DNA of 46,258 nucleotides from an uncultured bacterium (lineage in GTDB: Bacteria; UBP4; UBA4092): assembly GCA_964644695.1 (NCBI GenBank), contig CAZXWN010000003.1, forward strand, positions 248,001 through 294,258. Direction: 5' to 3'. The position numbers and the translations under genes were made by a program. Within the stretch, counting starts at the first letter, position 1; each line of letters opens with the position of its first letter. Shown piece by piece: positions 18,322-28,042 of the stretch. Below the pieces are notes generated by a model. The model was given only the letters and a program-made list of their open reading frames with translations. It was not told the DNA's origin and did no database searches.

Positions 18322-20754
18322 CTAATTTTCAAGAATTTGAAACTTAATGTCATCAAACAGGATTAACAGCGGTTGGGTGCTGTTATTTGTGACAATCCAT
18401 TGGGCACGAAGGTTCGGTAGATCCGCTACATCCAGACCGGCACTGAAAGGGGTCCATTCATTGGTTGGAATGTTGTTCAGCATGGCATAGGTCCCAATAT
18501 TGAAGGGAGTGATGGTGGAGCTCTCATTGTACAGGACGAGTTGTCCATTCACTTTTTCAGGAGTCCACGAATAGACATAAATCTTTCCTGTCAGAAATAC
18601 CCTTCCGGACGTCGGCGCAGAAAGAACGGGGCCTGTCAATTTCAAGCTGTCACCCGGTTGGAATGTTCCATAAACAACTCCCCACTGTCCACCCCATTCG
18701 CTGGTTGTGTGCGAAAGGGTGACAGGAATCTGGGCGGAATCAAGCGGTTCTTGTCCCCAGTCCTGAAGGTCATATGATTCATTGAATAACCCGGTATCAA
18801 ACAGTATATTTGTTGTGGAGGTTGAGGTGACTGGGTCAATGGATACACTGTCCAGATAGATTGTTCCTGTAGTAGTGCCAAGAGATAATATCATTTGAAA
18901 CATGGCATATTGAGATTTCTGTAACGATACATATCCCGTCCATGTGTTCCAGCCAGCCTCCGGTAACAGTCCTCCTCCGGAATAGGATCCCGCCACTTCT
19001 AATATTTCAAAATCCGTATCACTGGCAAACCCCAGTAAAGCTGGTATCATGCTGTGTTCAGTGTTTGTTGTTTCGGAATAATATGTGACAGAGACCTTAT
19101 AGAGTCCTGAACCAAGTATTTTGTAGCGAGTTTTTCCTGTGAATTTAGCGATTTGCCCTGTTGTCGTAAAGGACAACTGTAACAATCCAAAATGACCCAG
19201 ATAATCATTGACCCATTGATATTGCGGAATCCCTGTTTCATAGTTTTCTGGCTCAAGACTCCAGTAATTGATGTAACTATTGTGTGAGAAATTCGAAATA
19301 TCGGTTATCCAATTGGGATAAACAACCTTAATGGGTTTTGGAATAAAGTTGTTATGCATATACCAAGTATTATTGGTTCTATCTACATCATTAATTTCTT
19401 CATCTGGATCAACAATAGCTCCTACATAGTATGTGCCAGGAGTTATCTCTAGAGGAAATGGACAACGAACTGCACCTGCCCACCTCTTTGATAATGAAGA
19501 TAATCCATCTATGGTACAGACACCAAAGAGACTATCAGTTTTATCAATCACCGTATCTTTGGAAAAATAGAATTTTATGTAGAAGGGTCCTGCGTCTGCC
19601 CCATAGTTAATGACTTGATAGTTTTCTAATGTGATGGATGCTCCCGGACCTCCCCAATAAATATCTTCGGTAGGTTGGGTTACGCTTTTGACTAATTGAG
19701 GAGATGTCTTCACTAGATACAAATCAGGTTGAGTTCCTACGGGGCTGATTTTCTGCAAATGAGCAAACTGTTTATCATCAATATATGTTGCCAAAACAAT
19801 TCCATCTGTGGTTTGTGTGAGTGTCAAATAGTTCGAATTTGATGTGGGGAGAGGTTTTTGTTCTATAATCTCACCTGCAGAAGAGACTGTGTACAATAAA
19901 GAGTCTTGATAGGCAATGCAACCTTGGCCATCCGCTGAAGTTGCAAGAGCGTGTATAGATGTTAAAGTGCTGTTTCTTGCTAAAATATTTCCATATGTAT
20001 CAATTAGGTATAGGGCGCTTGTATCAGATACCCAGACATACCCATCACTTGTAGAACACATTGGAATGCGGGTCGCATATTCTTTTCCAGATATGGATAT
20101 CTGAATATGTATTACCTTGGTGCCTTCATTATTCAATAACGAGACACCGAATCTATGTGTTAGATCAACAGAGTCTATCCAACTTAGCCAAACACCTCCA
20201 TTGGTTGTGGGGCAAATGCCAATATTTAGGTATGCATTTACTATTGACCCTCCAATAGTGGCACCCCTGATAACTTGATTATCATAGGTGACGTGGTACG
20301 TACTAATCGACTGCCAATGGTTTACTGCCATCCACATTCCCCCGTTACCATCGGAGGTGCATGCGAAATTTCTCGTACTTGTAATGGATATCTGGGATGA
20401 AGCGCTTCCAGAGGAAAAATAATGCTGTGCATATACTTTCCCACCCCAACTGGTCACGAACCATATCCCATTCGCGTTATCCGTACAGCTGTGTAGTTTA
20501 CTAATGCCCGTCGTACTCAAAAGGGTTTGGATGGGTTCCAACGTATTATCAGCGTTGACTCTGCGGGCAACGACCTTTGAACTCTCTGTGCCTGGGGCTT
20601 CCAGCCAGACTACCCAGTGACCGCCGGATTGCGCGGGTACGATCGTAGGTGAAGCGAAAGCGGTCGTAGCCTCACTGATAATAATGTCCTGGGTGGCCCA
20701 TGCCCAAGTCGCTACTAACATTAATGTTATCAGTACTATAAAGCTTTTTTTCAT
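18322..20754 (-). CDS. Large secreted protein: propeller-like repeats, CARDB-like Ig domain and two C-terminal jelly-roll-like domains
   Basis: Start ATG 20754 (RBS GGAGGAG) and signal peptide. Repeated D/N..GG.W blades; CARDB-like segment PDL...N.G..AGPF.I.FYFS.D...GTYYVGAIVD...NN; domain ends IYLDSVSI and LFDDIKF. Confidence 0.8.
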   Translation of the reverse strand: MKKSFIVLITLMLVATWAWATQDIIISEATTAFASPTIVPAQSGGHWVVWLEAPGTESSKVVARRVNADNTLEPIQTLLSTTGISKLHSCTDNANGIWFVTSWGGKVYAQHYFSSGSASSQISITSTRNFACTSDGNGGMWMAVNHWQSISTYHVTYDNQVIRGATIGGSIVNAYLNIGICPTTNGGVWLSWIDSVDLTHRFGVSLLNNEGTKVIHIQISISGKEYATRIPMCSTSDGYVWVSDTSALYLIDTYGNILARNSTLTSIHALATSADGQGCIAYQDSLLYTVSSAGEIIEQKPLPTSNSNYLTLTQTTDGIVLATYIDDKQFAHLQKISPVGTQPDLYLVKTSPQLVKSVTQPTEDIYWGGPGASITLENYQVINYGADAGPFYIKFYFSKDTVIDKTDSLFGVCTIDGLSSLSKRWAGAVRCPFPLEITPGTYYVGAIVDPDEEINDVDRTNNTWYMHNNFIPKPIKVVYPNWITDISNFSHNSYINYWSLEPENYETGIPQYQWVNDYLGHFGLLQLSFTTTGQIAKFTGKTRYKILGSGLYKVSVTYYSETTNTEHSMIPALLGFASDTDFEILEVAGSYSGGGLLPEAGWNTWTGYVSLQKSQYAMFQMILSLGTTTGTIYLDSVSIDPVTSTSTTNILFDTGLFNESYDLQDWGQEPLDSAQIPVTLSHTTSEWGGQWGVVYGTFQPGDSLKLTGPVLSAPTSGRVFLTGKIYVYSWTPEKVNGQLVLYNESSTITPFNIGTYAMLNNIPTNEWTPFSAGLDVADLPNLRAQWIVTNNSTQPLLILFDDIKFQILEN

Positions 20755-20832
20755 GGTGCTCCTCCGCAACAGAACTGACTCTATGTTTTAGTTGTTATAT
20801 ATAGCAGAGCGAGCGGAAGGCAAAAACCTAAC

Positions 20833-20869
20833 AAAAAAAATCAGGGAACCTTAAAAAAAGATTCCCTGA
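20833..20869 (-). terminator. Intrinsic terminator between the two CARDB genes
   Basis: tcagggaa / ttccctga stem with A8 on its left. Confidence 0.75.
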
Positions 20870-20893
20870 CGGTTTAAAGGACTGATAAATCAA

Positions 20894-23794
20894 CTATTCG
20901 AGACGTGGGTCTTCCCCTGGAAGGTCATTAGGATCCGGAGGACTGCTCATACTGAACACTTGAATGTCATCAAAGTAGACGGTGACAGAGCTAGAGCTAT
21001 TGTTCAGGACAACCCATTGTGCGCGGGTAGTTGGTGTATTGTCTGTGTAGATAAACGTAGTAAAGGTCTTCCACTTGTTAACAGGAACCTTGTCGAGATT
21101 GACATAGGACCCCAAGTTGAACGGGTAAATAGTGGGCGTTTCATTGTACAGGTTCAACTGAAGGGTGACAGGCTGCTGGGTCAATGAACTGACATACACT
21201 TTACCTTTGAGCATGACCCACCGGCCTGTTTCACAACTGAAGGTTTGGCTGGTCAATTTCAAAGTATTGCCGGCAGCAAACTGAGCCGCCAGAACACCGG
21301 ACTGACCCATCCACGAACTCTTATAGCTGCACTTTGCCAATCCACGTTTCGGATCATTGAAGGCCTTCTCAAATCCCCACTTAGTGGTATCGGAGGCCTG
21401 GCTGAACTGACCCTGAGTGAAAGTGACGGTGCTGATACTGGTGGTGGTGTCTTCACTGATTCGGACCGAATCAAGGAAGAATAATCCGGGTTTACCATTA
21501 TTGGTCATCAGTAACTGGATTTGAGCAGAACCGGAGTACTGGAAGGTGACATACCCTTTCCAACGGTTCCAGTGCTTATTACGAATCATCTTATCCAGTG
21601 TCAGCGATGCGCCAATTTCGGTAATGCTGTAAGTGGTGTCATCAGGATAACCGAGGAAGGCCGGCAGAATCGTGAATCCGGTATCGCAGGACCACACATG
21701 GTAGTTGATATTAACTTTGTATATCTTGGTACTGTCAACGGCCATTTTATACTTGCAGGTCATCTTCAGGCCTTGATTGGTGGTGTCGAACGCCACAACC
21801 TGATGAAATTTGGGGAACCAGCATGTCTGCGGAATTCCCAAGGTGGCATCGATGCCATCATAAGACCAGTAGGTTGTGTCTTCGCCCTGACGGAAATCAC
21901 CCAGTTCATTGGACCATTCGGTGGGCAGAATGATGAACGGGTTGCAGGAGTAAACCTGATTATTGAATTCCAAGGCTTCATTGACAACATTGTTCACATC
22001 AATCTTCCAGCCAATATAGTATTTACCAATGGGCAGATTGAAAGTAAATTCCGGGACATTGAGAACACAGTCTGTGGTGCTGCGGCCGTTCATAGAAGAG
22101 ATGGCCACATCACCTAATGTGGTGACTGTATCAAAGTGGTCATTATACAGTTTGAACCGTACAACGAAATCACCGGTAGTATCGGTCCCGTAATTCACAA
22201 TCTTGGTAGCTACGGAGAGGGCTGACGTTGAATTGCGGTCAACAGTCTGGGGGGAGAAAGTTTGATAGTCTTTGCCTGCATCCGCCAACTCACGTTTAAT
22301 TTCTACGACCAGAACCTTTAACGGAGTCCCTTCGCAGTTGTGCAGCATCTTGTTGTTGCTGCGGTCAAAGTCATTGACTTCCTGTGCCTCATCAATGATG
22401 GCTCCGACATAATAAGTGCCGGCAGGAATTGTGACCGGGAAGGGGTTCTGAATGGCTTCAGCTGCAGCGATGGTCTTACCCGTCAATCCCTCTGAAGTAT
22501 AGGTTCCGAACAGATAATCGGTGGCATCAATGACGGTATCGGTTGAGAAGTAGAAATTGACTTTGAACGGACCCGCATCCGCGCCGGCGTTGTACACCTT
22601 GAATCCTTTTCCATCAACTTCCGTATTGAAATATCCGGTGAGGATGATGGGAGGATTTACACAGGTGTTGTTCCACAGGAAGAACAGGTCGGGGAGTTCA
22701 GATTGAGGTGCTGCAACTTTGGCGTAAATGTCATCGTTCAAACAGCTCTTCTCTTCTTCCCAAAGCACCATAATACTGGATGCATCCAGTGGGGCAATAG
22801 CTGGTTTACTTTGAACACCCGGGGCACTGACGGCAGGATATGGCTTACTGACGGTTAAGTCAGAAGTAATCCGATACGCCAGGATTTCGTCATTACCCAC
22901 GGCCAGCCAGCATCCGCCATTCCCATCGGGAATGAGAACGGGATTACACATCGTGAGAAATTCTGAGTCATCCACATCGGTCTGGGTGCTGGGGTCACTA
23001 AAGTGTGTAAATTTATCGTCGATACCTGCTACCCACAAACCCGCTTCGCCATCACTGAGAATGGCAATTTTTGAACAACTGTAGAATGTAATCGGTGTCC
23101 AGTCAGTAACGGGGACTCCATTACTGTCAAATTTCTGGATGGTACGATTGTTCTCTTCTGGAGGACATCCATCTACCTGGGAAACAGTGTCTGGGGTGGC
23201 GATGGCTTCATCTTCCCATGTTGCCCAGAATCCACCTTCAGGGGTTGGGGTAATGATGGGACGACAGCCGTTTTCAACAGTGGTTGACAGGGTGAATGTT
23301 GAAGCAATACTCCCGGTAATGTCCAGATGGCAACCTAATAAACTTCGATTGTTTCTCCAGACAAACCAGAATCCACCATTGTTGTCGTCGCAAACTGCCG
23401 GTTCACTGCCCTGCGCATCTAAAATGACAGGGTCGCCAATACTGGCATTTGAGAATACTTGTAATGCTTGTAACGATCCGCCATTGCGGAATACTGCCCA
23501 GAATCCCCCAGCTTTATTAGACCAGAATGCTGGAGTGACTGATTGACTAATACTTGATACGGTAAACGACTCGTTAATGACACCGCTGGCATAAAACTCG
23601 CGGGCATTGATAGCTCCATTGATGATGTTTGAATTATCCACCCAGGCCGCCCAATATCCCCCCGTTGCATTTGCCGCAACAAAAGGATTTACCTGGTTCC
23701 CCTCTGATGTTGCAATCCCCAGGGGTTGTGACCATCCTGTGACTGCACAGAGTAATGTGAGAACTACTAGCAGGTACATACATTTCTTCTTCAT
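20894..23794 (-). CDS. Large secreted protein, paralogue of 18322..20754, with two CARDB-like domains
   Basis: Start ATG 23794 (RBS GGGAG) and signal peptide. GG[FYC]W blade repeats; two CARDB-like segments (GTYYVGAIID..NN and GKYYIGWKID..NN); domain ends FFLDSVRI and YFDDIQV. Confidence 0.8.
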   Translation of the reverse strand: MKKKCMYLLVVLTLLCAVTGWSQPLGIATSEGNQVNPFVAANATGGYWAAWVDNSNIINGAINAREFYASGVINESFTVSSISQSVTPAFWSNKAGGFWAVFRNGGSLQALQVFSNASIGDPVILDAQGSEPAVCDDNNGGFWFVWRNNRSLLGCHLDITGSIASTFTLSTTVENGCRPIITPTPEGGFWATWEDEAIATPDTVSQVDGCPPEENNRTIQKFDSNGVPVTDWTPITFYSCSKIAILSDGEAGLWVAGIDDKFTHFSDPSTQTDVDDSEFLTMCNPVLIPDGNGGCWLAVGNDEILAYRITSDLTVSKPYPAVSAPGVQSKPAIAPLDASSIMVLWEEEKSCLNDDIYAKVAAPQSELPDLFFLWNNTCVNPPIILTGYFNTEVDGKGFKVYNAGADAGPFKVNFYFSTDTVIDATDYLFGTYTSEGLTGKTIAAAEAIQNPFPVTIPAGTYYVGAIIDEAQEVNDFDRSNNKMLHNCEGTPLKVLVVEIKRELADAGKDYQTFSPQTVDRNSTSALSVATKIVNYGTDTTGDFVVRFKLYNDHFDTVTTLGDVAISSMNGRSTTDCVLNVPEFTFNLPIGKYYIGWKIDVNNVVNEALEFNNQVYSCNPFIILPTEWSNELGDFRQGEDTTYWSYDGIDATLGIPQTCWFPKFHQVVAFDTTNQGLKMTCKYKMAVDSTKIYKVNINYHVWSCDTGFTILPAFLGYPDDTTYSITEIGASLTLDKMIRNKHWNRWKGYVTFQYSGSAQIQLLMTNNGKPGLFFLDSVRISEDTTTSISTVTFTQGQFSQASDTTKWGFEKAFNDPKRGLAKCSYKSSWMGQSGVLAAQFAAGNTLKLTSQTFSCETGRWVMLKGKVYVSSLTQQPVTLQLNLYNETPTIYPFNLGSYVNLDKVPVNKWKTFTTFIYTDNTPTTRAQWVVLNNSSSSVTVYFDDIQVFSMSSPPDPNDLPGEDPRLE

Positions 23795-24054
23795 ACGCAG
23801 ACTCCCTCTTTCTTTGTTTTCTCGCTCAACATTGGACTGCAAATCCCTTTTGCAGTCAGACACTAATTCTATTTATTTATTTGATTGTATGCAATGGTTT
23901 TTTGACGAACTTGTCAATTCGGTGCTAAAAGGTTCGTAACATAAATATTATCAGTGCTTTATCTGGTAACATCCACATTGTATTCTGAACGGATTCTATT
24001 GATTATTGACACCGAAAATCAGACGAAATATTGCCGGATTATGAACGAAGCAGA

Positions 24055-24103
24055 AACGAAGAGGGTACGGAGCTGCTCGCAGCAGCTCCGTGGAGGATTC
24101 GTT
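24055..24103. repeat. 49-bp dyad repeat, copy 3 (with an extra 11-bp unit at 24044..24054)
   Basis: aacgaagagggt-acggag-ctgctcgcagcag-ctccgt-ggaggattcgtt, preceded by aacgaagcaga. Confidence 0.85.
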
Positions 24104-24125
24104 ATCAATGAGGAGCAGGGATTAT

Positions 24126-25100
24126 TTATTCCGTGGAGAACTTTGATAATCCAACAGCGATTCCCTGATCAATAGAAAATGAATCAATAATAGACCAATC
24201 ATCTTTGTACACATTCACTTGGACCAGGGTTTCGGTGACATCAACTACCGCGAAATGGTTGGCGGCAATGGGGGGAATATCCACATTTAATGTACTGGTG
24301 TAAGTGGTCGTGAGTGGAGCTCCGAAGCTTCCGGTCGTAACCTGATAAATGCTGTGGTTGAAAGAGGATTTATTGGCCGAATCAACATGCCGGCGTGTGT
24401 AGTTATGCTCATGTCCCACAAAGACCATTGAGACATTGTTATCATCCAATAATTGCCAGAAGGCATCCCGTTCGGTGGTATTAACATCCAGAGACGACCC
24501 GACATGAGCTCCTGTCGGATAGGCCGGTGCATGTAAGAAAACAAAATAATGAGTCTTCCCGGTCAGTTTTCCGGCCATCCATTCCCGCTGTGAAGAATCT
24601 ATGACATAACTGCTGCCGGCATGATTTGAATTCAACATGAAAAACCGACTGTTCCCATAGTCAAAATAATAGGCGGTTTTACCAAATCCCGGATAAAACT
24701 CAGCGGCGGTAAATTCTGAGAATACGGTATTAAAAGCCGAGTCGATGGCACAGGTGGTGCTGGCACTGTTCGTTTCATGATTACCGACGCCGGGATAAAA
24801 GAAGGTAGCAGGATAGTAAGTGGGAGTCACTGCATCTTTGAAGGTTTGCAATTGTGAGGTAAGGGTGCCGAAACTGTTGCTTCCGCCATTAATCATATCT
24901 CCTGGAATGACAAAGAAAACCGGCGCCGGAGATAGAGTGGTTATTTGACTGAGTATCTGATGAACGACGGTGGTGTTAACTCCATTGAAGGAACCGCGGC
25001 AGTCGGCAGCAACTATGAACCTGAAATCAATACCCCAGGTGGAGGATGAGAGAATAGAAAGAGCTGCCAGGTATAAAATATATTTATATGAATTTTTCAT
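24126..25100 (-). CDS. Secreted calcineurin-like metallophosphoesterase
   Basis: Signal peptide; ADCR, PGDMI, GNHE, FLHAP and GHEHNY motifs. Confidence 0.9.
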   Translation of the reverse strand: MKNSYKYILYLAALSILSSSTWGIDFRFIVAADCRGSFNGVNTTVVHQILSQITTLSPAPVFFVIPGDMINGGSNSFGTLTSQLQTFKDAVTPTYYPATFFYPGVGNHETNSASTTCAIDSAFNTVFSEFTAAEFYPGFGKTAYYFDYGNSRFFMLNSNHAGSSYVIDSSQREWMAGKLTGKTHYFVFLHAPAYPTGAHVGSSLDVNTTERDAFWQLLDDNNVSMVFVGHEHNYTRRHVDSANKSSFNHSIYQVTTGSFGAPLTTTYTSTLNVDIPPIAANHFAVVDVTETLVQVNVYKDDWSIIDSFSIDQGIAVGLSKFSTE

Positions 25101-25207
25101 AACTCAACTCTAACCTTTGATTTATGATTAATGAATCTATTATTAAGTATGCAACAAAATCCTTTTAATACAAGTGAAAGGTTAATACATATAAAAAAGA
25201 GGTCATA

Positions 25208-25927
25208 ATGAAAAAACCGTTTGTTGCTGCCCATCGTGGATTTTCAGGTATTTATCCTGAGAATACCATGCTGGCTTTTGAAAAGGCTGTGGAACTTAGG
25301 CCCGAGTTTATGGAATGTGATGTTCACATGACAAAGGACAACAAAGTTGTCGTGATGCATGATGAAAAACTGGACCGTACTACCAATGGAACTGGTCTCA
25401 TCATGGACCATACTCTGGAAGAAATCAAAAAGCTGGATGCCGGTTCTAAGAAAGACCCGAAGTTTGCCGGAGTTCAAGTTCCTACTTTGGAAGAACTGCT
25501 GGACCTTGCTAAAGGGAAAGTGGCTGTTTGTATCGAAATCAAAGCCATTTTGTCTGTCTGGAGTACGGTCTCTCTTATCAAACAGTTCAATATGGAAGAT
25601 GAAGTAATCATTTTCAGTTTCATGGAAGGTGCTATCCGTGAAGCCAAAGCACATTGTCCTCAGCTGACCACTCTTCAGCTTCGTTGGTTCAAAGAACCCC
25701 TTAATATGACGGAAATTTCTGCTCAGGTTTTGGGTAGTGGCGCCAACTGGATTGGAATCAATCATGATGTGATGAATGAAGAACGAACCCGCTTCTTCCA
25801 ACGCCGTGGTATCTCTGTTGCCTGCTGGACTGTTAACCAGGAAGACAGAATGCAGGCCATGATTGATTCAGGTGTGGACACGATCATTTCAGATTTCCCC
25901 AATAAGGTCCAGGGTCTCCTGAAATAA
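25208..25927 (+). CDS. Glycerophosphodiester phosphodiesterase (cytoplasmic)
   Basis: AHRG, PENT, ECDV, MHD..LDRTTNG, IEIK, WTVN and IISD. Confidence 0.93.
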   Translation: MKKPFVAAHRGFSGIYPENTMLAFEKAVELRPEFMECDVHMTKDNKVVVMHDEKLDRTTNGTGLIMDHTLEEIKKLDAGSKKDPKFAGVQVPTLEELLDLAKGKVAVCIEIKAILSVWSTVSLIKQFNMEDEVIIFSFMEGAIREAKAHCPQLTTLQLRWFKEPLNMTEISAQVLGSGANWIGINHDVMNEERTRFFQRRGISVACWTVNQEDRMQAMIDSGVDTIISDFPNKVQGLLK

Positions 25928-25944
25928 GTCATCCGTAATTTAAT

Positions 25945-25990
25945 AAGCCCGGAGTCCTGATATTGTTCAGGGTTCCGGGCTTTTTTATTT
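25945..25990 (+). terminator. Intrinsic terminator between the tandem GDPD genes
   Basis: aagcccggagtcctga / tcagggttccgggctt stem plus T-run. Confidence 0.85.
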
Positions 25991-26004
25991 GATTTGTGAT
26001 TCCC

Positions 26005-26034
26005 TTGCAGGAATTTTGAAATTCCTGTTAAATT
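26005..26034 (+). promoter_or_regulatory. Putative sigma70 promoter with an overlapping palindrome
   Basis: TTGCAG-N18-TAAATT with extended TG; the palindrome caggaattt-tg-aaattcctg (26008..26027) fills the spacer. Confidence 0.4.
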
Positions 26035-26044
26035 ATTTCTCATC

Positions 26045-26764
26045 ATGAGAACACCTTTTTTGAATGCCCACCGGGGGTTGTGTGGCTTATACCCGGAAAA
26101 TACAATTATTTCTTTCCGTAAAGCGCTTGAATTACATCCCGACTTTATGGAGTTTGATGTTCATGTTACTGCAGACGAGGAAATCGTTATCCTGCATGAT
26201 GACAATGTGGACCGAACGACGAATGGGACGGGTTATGTCGCTGAAATGTTGTTGGATGAAGTAAGAGCTCTGGATGCCGGGTCATGGATGGGGCCCCAGT
26301 TTGCCGGTGAGAAGATTCCAACCCTGGATGAAGTTTTTTCTCTGGCGGATGGAAAAGTAGTCCTGCATATCGAGATAAAAGACAGTCGCGCCGTCCTTCC
26401 TGTTGTGAGAAAAATCCAGGACTACAACCTGGTAGATAAAGTCATGGTCCTGAGTTTTAACTCCCAGGATATTGTCCTCGCCAAAGCTGTTTGTCCGGCC
26501 CTTTGTACCATGTTACTGCGGTGGTTGGAGAATCCTGTGGATTTCCAAAATCTATCCAGAGACGTGCTTTCCAGCGGCGCCAATTGGCTGGGGATCAATC
26601 ATTATATCCTCACTGCTGAATCCATTCAATTCCTTCACAGCCGGGGAATCTCGGTTCTGGGATATACCGTCAATGAACCGGACCGAATGAGGGAATTGGC
26701 GACAGCCGGAGTCGATGCCATTACCTCCGACTTCATTAATATTTTGCAGGACACTCTGCGGTAA
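26045..26764 (+). CDS. Glycerophosphodiester phosphodiesterase (cytoplasmic), tandem paralogue
   Basis: AHRG, PENT, EFDV, LHD..VDRTTNG, IEIK, YTVN and ITSD; same length (239 aa) as its neighbour. Confidence 0.93.
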   Translation: MRTPFLNAHRGLCGLYPENTIISFRKALELHPDFMEFDVHVTADEEIVILHDDNVDRTTNGTGYVAEMLLDEVRALDAGSWMGPQFAGEKIPTLDEVFSLADGKVVLHIEIKDSRAVLPVVRKIQDYNLVDKVMVLSFNSQDIVLAKAVCPALCTMLLRWLENPVDFQNLSRDVLSSGANWLGINHYILTAESIQFLHSRGISVLGYTVNEPDRMRELATAGVDAITSDFINILQDTLR

Positions 26765-26838
26765 GACGGAAAAACCTCTAGGAATATTGGATTCAGATAC
26801 GCCATAATATTGGAAAATCTTCCGGGAAAGGCAATACT

Positions 26839-27978
26839 ATGCGGACTCGATATTTATTTCTTTTATGGATAGGTCTTTTAATGGGATTCATGTCTGTTGC
26901 TTCAGTTCATGTAGCTGATGTTGAGAAGATTTCTCTGCCCATTGATTATCGCTGCACTCTCCAAGCCGAATCTTTCAAATCCGATTCGCAGGGTGAATGG
27001 GTGTCCGTGTGGACGCGGTCTCGCATGTCTTTTGATGAACTCATTTATTCCTGGAAATTGAAACCCTTAAAGAATAATGGAGTTCGGTTTTATCTTCAGG
27101 TCCGATTGGTGAATGGGAAAGAATCTCCCTGGTTATATGCCGGATATTGGGGAACCGTGTCCCTGATTACCAGCCGGAATATCCCACAGTTTGAAGAAGG
27201 TAAACTGGATTTGGACCAGTTACTTTTAAAAACAAAGGCGACTCACTTCCGTTTCAAAGCCGTACCGGAAACTCCCTCCTCCGAATTTACGCCCCCGTTG
27301 ATGTATGTGATTACCACCGATAATCAGTCTCCAAAGAAATTGAGTTCAGAGAAGATTCATCAACTGCCCGGACGGACCATTCCTGCCACTCTGGTGTTGG
27401 ATATCCCTCACCGGTTGCAGGTCGATTCTCAGGGCAATTCCATGCCGAACCGGTGCCAGTCCGCTGCGCTTGCTGCTGCCATGGAGTATTTGGGTAAGAA
27501 GGTTCCTCTGGAGAATATCTCTGATTCTGTGACGGACCCTGAATATGATTTGTATGGGATTTGGCCGCGAACGGTTCAAACAGCCATCGATATGGGGTTT
27601 GATGCGTATATAGACCGGTTCAGAGATTGGAACCATGTGTATAAAGCTCTGAAGCAAAACAAGGTCATTCTCTGTTCGATCACGATGCCAGAAGATGCGG
27701 ATTATCTTTATCCTCCATACCCGGGAATATCGGGTCACATTGTGGCAATGAGTGGTATCAGTAAAGATGGCAGGGTATTTATTACCGACTCCGCGATTGG
27801 TTTGCTGCGCCGGGGAGAAAGTCATCCTACGCAGTGGTTACGGGAAGACTTCGAAAAAATCTGGATGGGGAATAAGGGTGGAGTCGGAATGGTTATCTGT
27901 CCCCCTCAGGGTTATCCCATGAAAGAACTGAAGACGATTAATCCATTTCCGCCCCGTAAATCGTTCAAAAAACAATAA
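26839..27978 (+). CDS. Secreted peptidase C39-like protein
   Basis: Signal peptide, N-terminal beta-rich domain, then Q...CQSAALA (Cys), GIWP, GHIV (His) and ITD (Asp). Confidence 0.75.
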   Translation: MRTRYLFLLWIGLLMGFMSVASVHVADVEKISLPIDYRCTLQAESFKSDSQGEWVSVWTRSRMSFDELIYSWKLKPLKNNGVRFYLQVRLVNGKESPWLYAGYWGTVSLITSRNIPQFEEGKLDLDQLLLKTKATHFRFKAVPETPSSEFTPPLMYVITTDNQSPKKLSSEKIHQLPGRTIPATLVLDIPHRLQVDSQGNSMPNRCQSAALAAAMEYLGKKVPLENISDSVTDPEYDLYGIWPRTVQTAIDMGFDAYIDRFRDWNHVYKALKQNKVILCSITMPEDADYLYPPYPGISGHIVAMSGISKDGRVFITDSAIGLLRRGESHPTQWLREDFEKIWMGNKGGVGMVICPPQGYPMKELKTINPFPPRKSFKKQ

Positions 27979-28042
27979 GTCATCCAGTTTTCTGCAGGGG
28001 TCTAGTTTCGGAGAATCGGTTTATCTGCGAAAATAATAGACT

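Noticed and set aside
21521-22117. 198-aa plus-strand ORF
   Set aside because: Antisense to the large CARDB gene; no motifs.
18322-23794. Diversity-generating retroelement target/template pair
   Set aside because: No reverse transcriptase, and no near-identical repeat differing only at adenines; the similarity is old protein-level paralogy.
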